A DNA stretch of 64,000 nt from Candidatus Melainabacteria bacterium (GCA_023250195.1 JAHFBF010000005.1:172025-236024), one strand, 5' to 3'; positions 37,123-46,906 are shown, counted from the first letter of the stretch. Notes: generated by a model not told the origin, from the letters alone. A program made the numbers and translations.

Positions 37123-38502
37123 ATGAAATATAAGAAAAATATACTTGAAACGGTCGGGGATACACCGTTAATTCAACTTACGAAAATTACTAAGGGTCTG
37201 AAGCCACTTATTCTTGTAAAAGCAGAGTTTTTTAATCCCGGAGGTTCTGTTAAAGATCGTCCTGCACTAAAGATGATTGAAGAAGCGGAAAAAGCCGGGT
37301 TGCTTAAACCAGGTGGAACTATTATTGAACCGACAAGTGGAAATACCGGTGTTGGTCTTGCACAGGCAGCAGCAGTAAAAGGTTACAGATGTATTCTAGT
37401 TATGCCGGATAAAATGAGTGAAGAGAAGTTTGCACTGCTTAAGGCTTATGGTGCTGAAGTTGTAAAAGTTCCTACCACTGCTACATCAAGCCCTGAAAGT
37501 TATAACAATGTAGCTCAAAGACTGGCTACAGAAATCCATGGAGCCTTTCTACCAAACCAGTTTCAAAATCCTGAAAATCCAAATTCACATTACAAAACCA
37601 CAGGTCCTGAAATCTGGGAAGATACAGATGGAAAAGTTACCTGTTATGTTGCCGGGGTTGGAACTGGCGGTACTATTTCAGGAACAGCCAAGTATTTAAA
37701 GGAAAAAAATCCAAAAATAAAAATAATTGGAGTTGATCCTGAAGGTTCTATATATTCAGGGAATTACAGTAAGTCTTATAAAATAGAAGGTATCGGAGAA
37801 GACTTTCTTCCAAGAAATGTAAATCTTTCTTTAATAGATCGTTTTGAACGTGTATCAGACAAGGATGCATTTGAGACATGCATTAAGTTAGCAAAGGAAG
37901 AAGGAATATTGGTGGGTGGTTCTGCCGGGGCTGCTGTATTTGGAGCGCTTAGAGTAGCAAAGGAATTAAAAGAATCCGACGTCGTAGTAATAATTCTTCC
38001 AGATACAGGTAGAGCATATTTAAGTAAGATCTTTTCTGAAAAATGGATGAAGGAGATGGGGTTTGTGGCTGGAAGCCCTTACAGGATAACGCTTAGAGAA
38101 CTTTTAGCTAATAAGGAATCCGGAGATAAGTTAATTTCAATTAATTTAAAAGCAACAGTAAAAGAAGCAATTAACTTGATGAGAAAAAATGGAATATCTC
38201 AATTACCTGTTGTAAGCGTAAATGAAAATAAGTATGTAGGGAGTTTAAGTGAAATTGCCCTAATGCAAGGGATATTTGATCGGACCATTCAGGTAAACGA
38301 TCAACTTGAAAAGATAATGAATAAAGCATTTCCAGAGTTAGATGAAAATACAGAAGCTGAAGAAGCATTTAGAGAATTTGCACTTGGCAGTTCTGCGATT
38401 ATTGTAATGAAGGGAAATGAATCCGTTGGCTTGCTTACAAAAATCGATCTTTTAGATCAGTTTTTAGAAGAAGGAAATAATAAAGTAAAAGTAGCGAAGT
38501 AA
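37123..38502 (+). CDS. Cystathionine beta-synthase (PLP-dependent CysK-fold domain plus tandem C-terminal CBS domains)
   Basis: GNTPLIQL, PLP-lysine region SVKDRPA, TSGNTGVGLA, GVGTGGTISG. Two C-terminal CBS motifs. Confidence 0.75.
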   Translation: MKYKKNILETVGDTPLIQLTKITKGLKPLILVKAEFFNPGGSVKDRPALKMIEEAEKAGLLKPGGTIIEPTSGNTGVGLAQAAAVKGYRCILVMPDKMSEEKFALLKAYGAEVVKVPTTATSSPESYNNVAQRLATEIHGAFLPNQFQNPENPNSHYKTTGPEIWEDTDGKVTCYVAGVGTGGTISGTAKYLKEKNPKIKIIGVDPEGSIYSGNYSKSYKIEGIGEDFLPRNVNLSLIDRFERVSDKDAFETCIKLAKEEGILVGGSAGAAVFGALRVAKELKESDVVVIILPDTGRAYLSKIFSEKWMKEMGFVAGSPYRITLRELLANKESGDKLISINLKATVKEAINLMRKNGISQLPVVSVNENKYVGSLSEIALMQGIFDRTIQVNDQLEKIMNKAFPELDENTEAEEAFREFALGSSAIIVMKGNESVGLLTKIDLLDQFLEEGNNKVKVAK

Positions 38503-38519
38503 GATTTTCTCAGTTGATA

Positions 38520-38879
38520 TTAGATTAAATTTTGATCTAGGTGTTGTTGAATGACTGGTCTTACTGCTTCACCTAAAGCAGCCTCACCAAGAGTTGGATT
38601 TGACTGAGCCAATCTTATCAACGGGGTTCCTAAATCTCCATCTTTTTCTGATGTATGTGATTCTCTTGTAAGTGAAGGATATGATGATGACCGAACAGCA
38701 GTTAATACAAGAAAACCAAGGTCTTGATTAGTTACATTACAAGATATCCTGGTAGATACCCTAGGACCTTTTTCTTGTATAGTGGTGGCCAGTGCCAAAT
38801 TCTCCAGTATGTTCTTTCCAACATAACGGGCACGGATATCTCGCGGAGTAGGTAAAATATTTGATACTCTTGCACTCAT
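38520..38879 (-). CDS. Hypothetical protein (119 aa)
   Basis: ORF only. Confidence 0.3.
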   Translation of the reverse strand: MSARVSNILPTPRDIRARYVGKNILENLALATTIQEKGPRVSTRISCNVTNQDLGFLVLTAVRSSSYPSLTRESHTSEKDGDLGTPLIRLAQSNPTLGEAALGEAVRPVIQQHLDQNLI

Positions 38880-39150
38880 TTTTTCTCCTTAGTTTTATTA
38901 ACTTACTTTAAATACTAAATAAAAAGCCTATAAAGATCAATAGTGAAAAATTAAAATAAAATTAAGGATTTAAAGCTTAAATAATGTTAAAATAATTCTC
39001 GTTTTTATGAATGCAGGTTTTATGTGATTTATTCACCTTATCTGAACCTATATAAAAAAATGGAATTTGAAACCAAAGCCCGGGCTTTCTAGGTATTTAA
39101 TCTACATTTAACTACAATTGTGGTATAGTAGCTACAAAAGAGGCAATAGA

Positions 39151-39414
39151 ATGAAAAACCAGAAAGATACACAATCAATAAGAATCCCATCCAGTTATTA
39201 CAGGGCTTTAAGAGAACAGGCCCAGAATAATAAAAGACCTTTAGTAACTGAATTAACTATTATATTAGATGATTATTTAGGTAGTACTATAGAGTCAGAT
39301 GAAAAAAACAGAAGACTAAAAGCACTTTCACAAGTTAGAGGAATAATAAAAAATCTTCCTAGGAAAAACTATGGACAGACTATAGACGAAGTACTTTACG
39401 GAGAGCAAAAATAA
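39151..39414 (+). CDS. Putative antitoxin (VapB-like, probably ribbon-helix-helix) of a type II toxin-antitoxin pair
   Basis: Small basic/acidic protein. Its stop overlaps the start of the PIN toxin (ATAAATG). Confidence 0.5.
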   Translation: MKNQKDTQSIRIPSSYYRALREQAQNNKRPLVTELTIILDDYLGSTIESDEKNRRLKALSQVRGIIKNLPRKNYGQTIDEVLYGEQK

Positions 39415-39837
39415 ATGCTCTTTGTAGATTCAAGTGCATTTATAGCGTATTTTATAAGTTCAGATACTAATCATGATAAAACAAAAGAGTTATTCGATGA
39501 AATTGCAGAAAAAGAACTAGTAACATCACAAGAAATTATAGATGAAACACTAAACTGGCTTACAAGAAAAGTACCCAAAAAGACTTATGAACTTGGAAAC
39601 TTATTACTTAGTGGGGATATTGCAAGAATTCTGCAAACCTTGAAAGAGGATAAAGTAAATGCTCTGGAAATAATAAAAAAATATTCAGATCATAGTTTGA
39701 GTTTTACAGATGCCATAAGCTTTACAGTAATTAAAAGACTAAAAATAAAAGATGTCTTCTCTCTGGATAAAGATTTTAATTTGCTAAAGGTTAATAATAT
39801 CTTTTTCAGTTACTACAATCAGAGTCTTAGGTTATAA
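39415..39837 (+). CDS. PIN-domain toxin (VapC-like)
   Basis: MLFVDSSAFIAYF... with conserved acidic residues in PIN spacing (D5, E42-ish, D98-ish, D117-ish). Translationally coupled to the upstream small gene. Confidence 0.65.
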   Translation: MLFVDSSAFIAYFISSDTNHDKTKELFDEIAEKELVTSQEIIDETLNWLTRKVPKKTYELGNLLLSGDIARILQTLKEDKVNALEIIKKYSDHSLSFTDAISFTVIKRLKIKDVFSLDKDFNLLKVNNIFFSYYNQSLRL

Positions 39838-39845
39838 TTTAAACC

Positions 39846-40985
39846 ATGGAGTTTGAAACTAAAGCTATTCATATCGGACAGGAACCAGATCCTACAACTG
39901 GTGCGACAATTACGCCTATTTACCAGACTTCTACCTTTACGCAAGATGGTCTTGGAAAACACAAGGGCTATGAATATTCAAGAACCGGCAATCCTACTCG
40001 CTTTGCACTTGAGACAGCTTTAGCTTCGCTTGAAAATGGAAAATATGGACTTTGTTTTGCTTCAGGATTAGCTGCTACTACTACAATCTTATGCTTATTG
40101 AAATCAGGCGATGAAATTGTAGCCGGTGATGATCTTTATGGTGGAACAATTAGATTATTTAATCGAGTTTTTTCAAACTTTAATATAAAAACAATTTATG
40201 TTGACTGCAAAGATCCAAAAAACTTTGAATCTGCAATTACACCAAAAACAAAATTGATCTGGCTTGAAACTCCTACAAATCCGATGTTAAGACTCTGCGA
40301 TATTAAATCTATAGGGGGAATTGCAAAACAAAAAAAAATAATGCTATGTGTGGATAATACTTTTGCAAGCCCATACTTTCAACAACCGCTTGATCTTGGA
40401 GCGGATATGGTAGTTCACAGTACTACAAAGTATTTAGGTGGTCACAGTGATGTAGTCGGCGGAGCAATAATTCTAAATGATAAAGATATCTATGAAAAAA
40501 TAAAATTTTACCAAAATGCAATTGGCGGGACACCGGGACCTTTTGATTCATGGCTTGTTTTACGTGGGATTAAAACGCTTGCTGTAAGGATGAAAAAGCA
40601 TGAAGAAAATGCTATGAAAGTAGCAGAGTTTTTAGAAAAGCATCCAAAGATAAAAAAAGTAAATTATCCAGGATTAAAATCTCATCCCCAGTATGAACTT
40701 GCAAAAAAACAGATGAGCGGGTTTGGCGGGATGATTTCATTTGAGGTAAACGGTGATAAAGAAGCTACAAAAAAAATAGTTGAATCTACAGAACTTTTTG
40801 CGCTTGCTGAAAGCCTTGGAGGGGTTGAGTCACTTATTAATCATCCGTTTACCATGACTCATGTCGGTGTTCCAGCTGAGCATAAAGCAAGACTTGGAAT
40901 CGTAGAAAATTTAATAAGACTTTCTGTTGGGATTGAAGATACGAATGATTTAATAAATGATTTGAAGAAAGCTTTAGAAAGCTAA
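39846..40985 (+). CDS. Cystathionine gamma-lyase/synthase family PLP enzyme (Cys/Met metabolism)
   Basis: GNPTR, PLP-Lys region STTKYLGGHSDVVGG, C-terminal LAESLGGVESLI. Confidence 0.85.
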   Translation: MEFETKAIHIGQEPDPTTGATITPIYQTSTFTQDGLGKHKGYEYSRTGNPTRFALETALASLENGKYGLCFASGLAATTTILCLLKSGDEIVAGDDLYGGTIRLFNRVFSNFNIKTIYVDCKDPKNFESAITPKTKLIWLETPTNPMLRLCDIKSIGGIAKQKKIMLCVDNTFASPYFQQPLDLGADMVVHSTTKYLGGHSDVVGGAIILNDKDIYEKIKFYQNAIGGTPGPFDSWLVLRGIKTLAVRMKKHEENAMKVAEFLEKHPKIKKVNYPGLKSHPQYELAKKQMSGFGGMISFEVNGDKEATKKIVESTELFALAESLGGVESLINHPFTMTHVGVPAEHKARLGIVENLIRLSVGIEDTNDLINDLKKALES

Positions 40986-40987
40986 GA

Positions 40988-41821
40988 ATGAAAAATTTTG
41001 TAATCTATATAATTACTTTTTTCTGCATAAGTTTAATTACGATTTCAGTAAATGCATCTTCAGATCTTGATATTCTGCTTTCTAATGATGATGGGTATGA
41101 TGCACCTGGCATTAAAGCGCTGGCAGAAGCATTAACTTCTATAGCCATGGTAACTGTAGCTGCACCGGCTAATCAGCAAAGCGGAGCTGGTCATGGAATC
41201 ACATATCGTGAACCAATTTTTGTTAGACAAGTTAATAATCAATATCACATACCGTGGTATGCAATTACTGCACGACCTGCTACATGTGTTCATTTAGGGC
41301 TTGAAAATTTATTGAAAACCAAACCAGATTTAGTAATCACAGGAATTAACAAGGGAGAAAATATAGGTCCTGTTACCTTTCGCTCTGGTACAGTTGGTGC
41401 AGCCAGGGAAGCTGCTATCCTTGGATTGCCTGCTATAGCTATATCTCTGCAGGGGGATGACAAAGATGATTATAAGGCAGCTGCGCTTTATATTCGCCAA
41501 TTAGTTGAAAAACTTGCCTCTAAAAAGCTTTTGCACTCAAAACTTTTATTGAATGTAAACTTTCCATCCGGCGTTTCAAAAAAAATTAAAGGTACAAAAG
41601 TTACAAAGCTTAGTTTAGTGGATGAAAAAAATACTTACCAGAAGATAAATTTCCCATTTCTTGAAATCTATAAATCAGGAAAAATAAAATTGGTACTTGA
41701 CAATGATCCACAAACAGATGTTAATGCTTTTTCGAATGGATATGTAACTATTACGCCTCTTAGCCTTGATCAATCAGATTATGCTGAACTTGATTCGTTG
41801 AAAGGTTTAAATAAAGACTGA
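40988..41821 (+). CDS. surE: 5'/3'-nucleotidase SurE with a predicted N-terminal signal peptide
   Basis: ILLSNDDGYDAPGIKAL and ITGINKGENIG SurE motifs. N-terminus MKNFVIYIITFFCISLITISVNAS is signal-like. Confidence 0.75.
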   Translation: MKNFVIYIITFFCISLITISVNASSDLDILLSNDDGYDAPGIKALAEALTSIAMVTVAAPANQQSGAGHGITYREPIFVRQVNNQYHIPWYAITARPATCVHLGLENLLKTKPDLVITGINKGENIGPVTFRSGTVGAAREAAILGLPAIAISLQGDDKDDYKAAALYIRQLVEKLASKKLLHSKLLLNVNFPSGVSKKIKGTKVTKLSLVDEKNTYQKINFPFLEIYKSGKIKLVLDNDPQTDVNAFSNGYVTITPLSLDQSDYAELDSLKGLNKD

Positions 41822-41939
41822 TTTTAAACATTAAAAAAAGTTAATCTTTAGCAAATGTCAAGTCTAAAATTCTGCTGAATTCTTTATTAAATCTAAAAAT
41901 ACTGTAAAGGAAATATTTTCCTCTGTTACCATAGAAATT

Positions 41940-42590
41940 ATGCAAAACTTTTTTACAAAACTTTATAACTTTAATAAAAAACTATTACCAACAATAGTTC
42001 TAATTTTTATTTTTGCACCTGTTTCATTTTCACAAAATTTAAATAGACAGGTAGAATCAACCAGTCGCTTTATCTTTGACTCTATCCCCTTAAATCTTGA
42101 TGAAATCACTGATTCTGCTGACAGAGTATTTGCCGGGGTTTGTGAAGAGATTGAAGAGATTGAAAAAGATCCTATCTCTAATCTTAGAGTTGTAAAATAT
42201 ACTTTTAAAATTACTGAAGCGATTATAGGCATAAATTCTGATGAAATTACTTTTACCCAGTGGAAGCCTACTACGACAGATGTTGGTTATGTAGTTGGTG
42301 AAAAATATGTAATTTTTCTCTATCCTAATAGCAGACTGGGTTTGACAAGTCCTGTGGGTTATATGCAGGGAAAGTTTCTGGTGGAGAAACAAGGTTCAAA
42401 CCGTGGGGTTGAACTTATAAGAAACAAATTAAATAATATTGGATTATCAAAAAATCTGAAAACCCAAAAAAGAATTTCAATTGGTACTGATCAATCCTTG
42501 AATAACTATATTCAGGAATGTTCTGAAGCTGGAAAGCCGATTAAATATAGAGATTTTATTAACGCTGTCAGGTATTTATCAGGCAAATGA
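41940..42590 (+). CDS. Secreted hypothetical protein (216 aa); its stop overlaps the start of the metzincin gene
   Basis: Signal peptide. ATGA overlap with the next gene. Confidence 0.4.
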   Translation: MQNFFTKLYNFNKKLLPTIVLIFIFAPVSFSQNLNRQVESTSRFIFDSIPLNLDEITDSADRVFAGVCEEIEEIEKDPISNLRVVKYTFKITEAIIGINSDEITFTQWKPTTTDVGYVVGEKYVIFLYPNSRLGLTSPVGYMQGKFLVEKQGSNRGVELIRNKLNNIGLSKNLKTQKRISIGTDQSLNNYIQECSEAGKPIKYRDFINAVRYLSGK

Positions 42591-45001
42591 AAAAACTGCT
42601 TACAATCTTGCTTTTAATTTCACTTACATTTAGTCAATGGAGTGTAAATGCTAATGGTCCTTTAATAGTAATAAATAATAAAGCAGTTACTTATGGCAGT
42701 AGGCCTCTTGTCTACAGATACGATCAAGGAACACTTGGAAGTCTTTCAAATTCAAGTGCTACTTCATTGATAGCTTCTCTTTTTTCAGAATGGGAAGGAG
42801 TTCAAAGTGCTAATTTAACCTTTCAGCAGGATAATCCCGGTACTCTTAGTGCTGATATAAATTCTACTAACTATACTCCAATATTAGAACCATCTTCACG
42901 ACTTGGTTATACCCCGTTTATTTTTGATACAGATGGTTCAATAGTAAAAGATATTTTAGGGAACGGATCAGAAAATCAGGTTATTGGATTTGCCGGCGCT
43001 ACATTTTTATTTATAGGAGATCCTTATGAAATTGCTGAATCACAGGCACTCTTTAATGGCAGATTTATAAATGGCATAAATAATGGATCTGATGCTGAAC
43101 TTAGTTTAAATACTTTTAAAAAGGCGATAATTCATGAGGTAGGACATGCTGTAGGACTCGATCATTCCCAGATTAATGTGGATGCTCTTGATTCCGGGGT
43201 TACACAGGATGTAAAGAATTCGCCACCTTTAATGTTTCCATACGCTATAAATGAACTTTTTTCAATTATGAGAGATGATGCTTCAGGAGCTTCACTGCTT
43301 TATCCAGATAGTACAGAACTTTCTAACTATGGGACAATTCAAGGAAAAGTTTTTAGAGCAAATGGCGCTACGCCTGTCTTAGGTGCAAATGTAATTGCAA
43401 GAAATGTAAGTAACTCAAGAATTGAAGCAGTGTCATGTGTGTCAGATTATCTTATCGATAATACAGGCTCATTTACTTTGTTTGCAGTGCCTGCGGGAAA
43501 TTATAGAATTGAAATTGAACCGATATCTACTTTGTTTACCGGAGGATCAAGTGTAGGCCCATACTCAGAAACTATAAATGGGCAATCCTTTCTAAATCCT
43601 GTCCCTAAAGGGTTTTACACAGGACCAAATCAATTAATTGTAAGTGATATAAATAGTGCATTAATTATAAATGTTGTTAGTGGACAGACAATTCAGGGCG
43701 TAAATATTATTGCCAAATTAGCTTCAAGTTCGTCTTCAAGTTCAAGCAGCTCATCATCAGGTTCAGGGAGTTCCTCTTCAAGCAGTTCCTCATCTTCATC
43801 TAGTTCAGGAGGCTCTTCTTCTAGCTCCTCATCCAGTTCCAGTAGTTCAAGTTCATCGTCAAGCAGTTCCTCATCTTCATCTAGTTCAGGAGGCTCTTCT
43901 TCTAGCTCCTCATCCAGTTCCAGTAGTTCAAGTTCATCAAGTAGTTCTTCATCCTCGTCTAGTTCCAGCAGCTCCTCATCCAGTAGTTCAAGTTCATCGT
44001 CTAGTTCCAGCGGCTCTTCATCCAGCAGTTCAAGTTCATCATCAAGTTCAAGTAGTTCTTCTTCAGGAACTCCCACACCAGAACCATCTCCCTCGCCAAG
44101 TCCACCTAGTGGCGGCGGTGGGGGTGGTGGCCCAGTATTTGTTCCTTCATCAACTCCTTCTCCAACAGGTAGTTCAGCCAGCTCATCATCTTCAAGTGGT
44201 TCTGGTTCAAACAATGTCATTTTAACCCCAGACTCTTCAAACCCAGCTGTTATTAATACTTCAAACGGTTCGTCATCAGGGGGAAGTATTGGAAATACCA
44301 CTCAATCCGGTGATCTAAATTTCGATATAATTTATTCCCCGCTACTTCCAGAAACAATTTCTTTGCCGTTAATTCCTGATAAGTTACTTGGAAAAATAGG
44401 AATTGCGTATCCAGGATCAAACCCCTCATTTGAAATCAAATTTCCACAGAATAACTTACCATCAAATATTGCTTCAATAGATTTAGAGGATAAAGATGGA
44501 ATAATTTTCCCAAATATTCTTTTTAACGTAACAAAGATTTTTAATAGCACAGATAAGTTAATCTTAAGCCTAACAATCCCTGACAACGTTTCATCCGGAA
44601 TTTTGAAAGTGAGAATAAATTTTGCTGATAGCAGAAGATTAACAGGTCTAGTTGCAGTTGTTGACTTCCTCAATTTAATAAAAGGTTTAAATGGGAAAGG
44701 AAAAACTGTAGGTAAACCACAGATCACCCAAATTACAACCCTTAAAAAAAGGAGAGACATTGTGCTGAATGTTCTTGGAAATAATTTTGTTGGAAGTGAA
44801 AATGTAAACTCAAATACTACAATTACTCTTTTCCCGGCTGATTTAAATGTTTCAATTAAGCTTCAATCGGTCTCTAAAAATGGTAAAAATCTTGTATTGA
44901 AATTAAACCTGTTGGATGGTTTTGAAAAATCAGCACGAAGTGTAATTTCCATTTCTACACCAAGAGGAATTGTTTCTGTACCGCTTGTGATAAAGAAGTA
45001 A
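42587..45001 (+). CDS. Secreted zinc metalloprotease (metzincin, HExxHxxGxxH) with a long poly-Ser/Gly linker and a C-terminal beta-rich domain
   Basis: Signal peptide. HEVGHAVGLDHS. ~130-residue Ser run encoded by 81-bp tandem DNA repeats. PTPEPSPSPSPPSGGGGGGG spacer. Confidence 0.6.
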   Translation: MKKLLTILLLISLTFSQWSVNANGPLIVINNKAVTYGSRPLVYRYDQGTLGSLSNSSATSLIASLFSEWEGVQSANLTFQQDNPGTLSADINSTNYTPILEPSSRLGYTPFIFDTDGSIVKDILGNGSENQVIGFAGATFLFIGDPYEIAESQALFNGRFINGINNGSDAELSLNTFKKAIIHEVGHAVGLDHSQINVDALDSGVTQDVKNSPPLMFPYAINELFSIMRDDASGASLLYPDSTELSNYGTIQGKVFRANGATPVLGANVIARNVSNSRIEAVSCVSDYLIDNTGSFTLFAVPAGNYRIEIEPISTLFTGGSSVGPYSETINGQSFLNPVPKGFYTGPNQLIVSDINSALIINVVSGQTIQGVNIIAKLASSSSSSSSSSSSGSGSSSSSSSSSSSSSGGSSSSSSSSSSSSSSSSSSSSSSSSSGGSSSSSSSSSSSSSSSSSSSSSSSSSSSSSSSSSSSSSSSGSSSSSSSSSSSSSSSSSGTPTPEPSPSPSPPSGGGGGGGPVFVPSSTPSPTGSSASSSSSSGSGSNNVILTPDSSNPAVINTSNGSSSGGSIGNTTQSGDLNFDIIYSPLLPETISLPLIPDKLLGKIGIAYPGSNPSFEIKFPQNNLPSNIASIDLEDKDGIIFPNILFNVTKIFNSTDKLILSLTIPDNVSSGILKVRINFADSRRLTGLVAVVDFLNLIKGLNGKGKTVGKPQITQITTLKKRRDIVLNVLGNNFVGSENVNSNTTITLFPADLNVSIKLQSVSKNGKNLVLKLNLLDGFEKSARSVISISTPRGIVSVPLVIKK
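43730..44100 (+). repeat. In-frame tandem repeat array (unit ~81 bp) encoding the poly-Ser linker
   Basis: agcagttcctcatcttcatctagttcaggaggctcttcttctagctcctcatccagttccagtagttcaagttcatc is repeated back-to-back (43781-43857 and 43865-43941), with further degenerate copies. Confidence 0.6.
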
Positions 45002-45008
45002 ATTAAAG

Positions 45009-45851
45009 ATGAATAATTTTTATTTGCCTAAGTATGATTTAAGCATGACACTGCTTGGCGGCCAGTCTTTTGCATGGGACTTTGAAGATGGTTATTATTG
45101 GGGAGTTACAAAGGATAAAGGAATTAAATTAAAGATTGTAAAGGCAATTCATGAATTGCCTTTACTACATTGGCAGACCTATCCGGAAAAAGACAATTTT
45201 AATTTTATAAAGGAATACCTTAGAGTGGATGTTAATTATCCCAAAATAATAAAAAAGATTCAAAAGGATAATCATATCAAAGCAGCTATTAAGAAATATC
45301 CTGATTTAAGACTCTTGAAGCAGGATTTTGAGGAAACCCTTTTATCTTTTATAGTTTCTTCAAATAACAACATCAAATCCATTCGGAAAATAATTCGTTC
45401 TGTAAATAGAAGATTTGGAAAGGCTGTAAATATTGATGGAAGAAAAACATTTTTATTTCCCAGCTCTGAAGTAATTGCAGAAGCAAAGCTTGAAGATCTT
45501 TTGGAATGTAAACTGGGATTTAGAGCAAAATATTTTAAAAATGCAGCAAAATACCTTCTTGAAAAAAAATTATCAAAGAAAATAGAGAAAATGTCTGAAG
45601 CTGATGCAAGGAATGCTCTTTTAGAAATAAATGGAGTTGGTGAAAAAATCTCGGATTGTGTGCTGGTATTTGGATTAGGTTTTGATAATATTACTCCTTT
45701 GGATGTATGGGGTAAAAGAGCTTTTGCAAAGTTTTATAAACTAAATCCAAAGATGAAATATGAAGATATGCGTAAGTGGATAAGCAATTATTTTGAAGGC
45801 TATGCAGCCTGGGCAGGGCAGTTTTTATATGAATATATTAGAAATCTCTAA
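45009..45851 (+). CDS. 8-oxoguanine DNA glycosylase, Ogg1-type (HhH-GPD superfamily)
   Basis: HhH-GPD motif NGVGEKISDCVLVFGLGFDNITPLDVWGKRAFAKFY (compare OGG1 GVGTKVADC...PVDVH). Confidence 0.6.
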   Translation: MNNFYLPKYDLSMTLLGGQSFAWDFEDGYYWGVTKDKGIKLKIVKAIHELPLLHWQTYPEKDNFNFIKEYLRVDVNYPKIIKKIQKDNHIKAAIKKYPDLRLLKQDFEETLLSFIVSSNNNIKSIRKIIRSVNRRFGKAVNIDGRKTFLFPSSEVIAEAKLEDLLECKLGFRAKYFKNAAKYLLEKKLSKKIEKMSEADARNALLEINGVGEKISDCVLVFGLGFDNITPLDVWGKRAFAKFYKLNPKMKYEDMRKWISNYFEGYAAWAGQFLYEYIRNL

Positions 45852-45916
45852 CTTTTTATTTAAATTGTGTTAAAAATAATGGAAGAAGCCGGTAAAACAA
45901 AAAAGGAAAATCAACA

Positions 45917-46906
45917 ATGAGAAAACAAAATATTAAAATAGCTTGCTTTTTATTTTTTTTAATTTTATTTATACAGGCAAACTGTTTTTCTTTATCTGCA
46001 CAAACCCAGGAAGAATCACTCTACAAACGACTGGGAGGAGTATATAACATAGCAGCGGTTATAGATGATTTTGTTGACAGGCTTCTTTCTGATCCGACAA
46101 TAACTGCAAATAAAAATGTTGTAAGCTCACTCGGAAAAATTACAAAACCGGGACTGAAATACCAGCTTACAGAACTGCTTTGTCAGGCAGCAGGCGGGCC
46201 ACAAAAATACAACGGTCGTTCAATGAAAGAATCTCATCAAGGATTAAATATTACAGAAACAGAGTGGCAGGCTATGGTGAAAGATTTTCTTGCAACACTT
46301 GCAAAATTTAATATTAAAGATCTTGAACAGAATGAATTGCTTGTAATTGTTGGTGGTACAAAAAGTGATATAGTTGTTTCTGCTCCACAGGGGGCTCAAC
46401 CACAAGTGCCTGTATTGCCAGGGACTGTTCCAGTAAATCCAGCTCAGCCACTACCTCAGCTAGCACCAAACCTACCATCAGCAATACCAACACTGCCCAA
46501 TCCGGCAAATGTACCATCAGCAGCACCAGCATTGCCGACACTGCCAAGCCCAGCAAACATACCATCAGCAGTACCAGCAATACCAACATTGCCAAACCCA
46601 GCAAACATACCATCAGTAGTACCGGCATTACCGACTTTACCTTCATTGCCAGATAATGTAGTACCTTCTAAACCTACAACAAAGCCATCTTTACCAGCAG
46701 TGCCGGTTATAACACCGCCTTCTATTGATTTAGTTCGACCCAGATTAGAAATCCCTTCAAATTCTTCAGGTAATATTGCTCCTCAGATACAACCACAGGC
46801 TGAAACAGCGCCGAAGAACGATACACCACAGGATGCTGCTGTTACTGATATCGAGGATGAAGAAGATGAATTACCACCAGAACCAACTTTAGAACCGGCT
46901 AATTAG
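45917..46906 (+). CDS. Truncated haemoglobin (group I 2/2 Hb) domain protein with an N-terminal signal peptide and a C-terminal Pro-rich tandem-repeat tail
   Basis: LYKRLGGVYNIAAVIDDFVDRL...LGGPQKYNGRSMKESHQGLNITETEWQAMVKDF matches the trHb fold. N-terminus MRKQNIKIACFLFFLILFIQANCFSLSA. Tail repeats (PTLPNPANxPSxxPAx) x4. Confidence 0.65.
   Translation: MRKQNIKIACFLFFLILFIQANCFSLSAQTQEESLYKRLGGVYNIAAVIDDFVDRLLSDPTITANKNVVSSLGKITKPGLKYQLTELLCQAAGGPQKYNGRSMKESHQGLNITETEWQAMVKDFLATLAKFNIKDLEQNELLVIVGGTKSDIVVSAPQGAQPQVPVLPGTVPVNPAQPLPQLAPNLPSAIPTLPNPANVPSAAPALPTLPSPANIPSAVPAIPTLPNPANIPSVVPALPTLPSLPDNVVPSKPTTKPSLPAVPVITPPSIDLVRPRLEIPSNSSGNIAPQIQPQAETAPKNDTPQDAAVTDIEDEEDELPPEPTLEPAN

Noticed and set aside
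43730-44100. Tandem direct repeats that might be mistaken for a CRISPR array
   Set aside because: The units are ~81 bp with no unique spacers, lie in frame within a CDS and encode poly-Ser. They are not repeat-spacer architecture.
43693-44760. Long antisense ORFs 43693-44301 and 44332-44760
   Set aside because: They are the reverse complement of the Ser-rich tandem repeat (E/L/D-rich translation) and of the C-terminal domain of the metalloprotease. They are repeat artefacts.
46314-46646. Listed minus-strand ORF opposite the trHb Pro-rich tail
   Set aside because: It is antisense to the Pro/Ala repeat (L/V-rich translation), which is an artefact of repeat composition.
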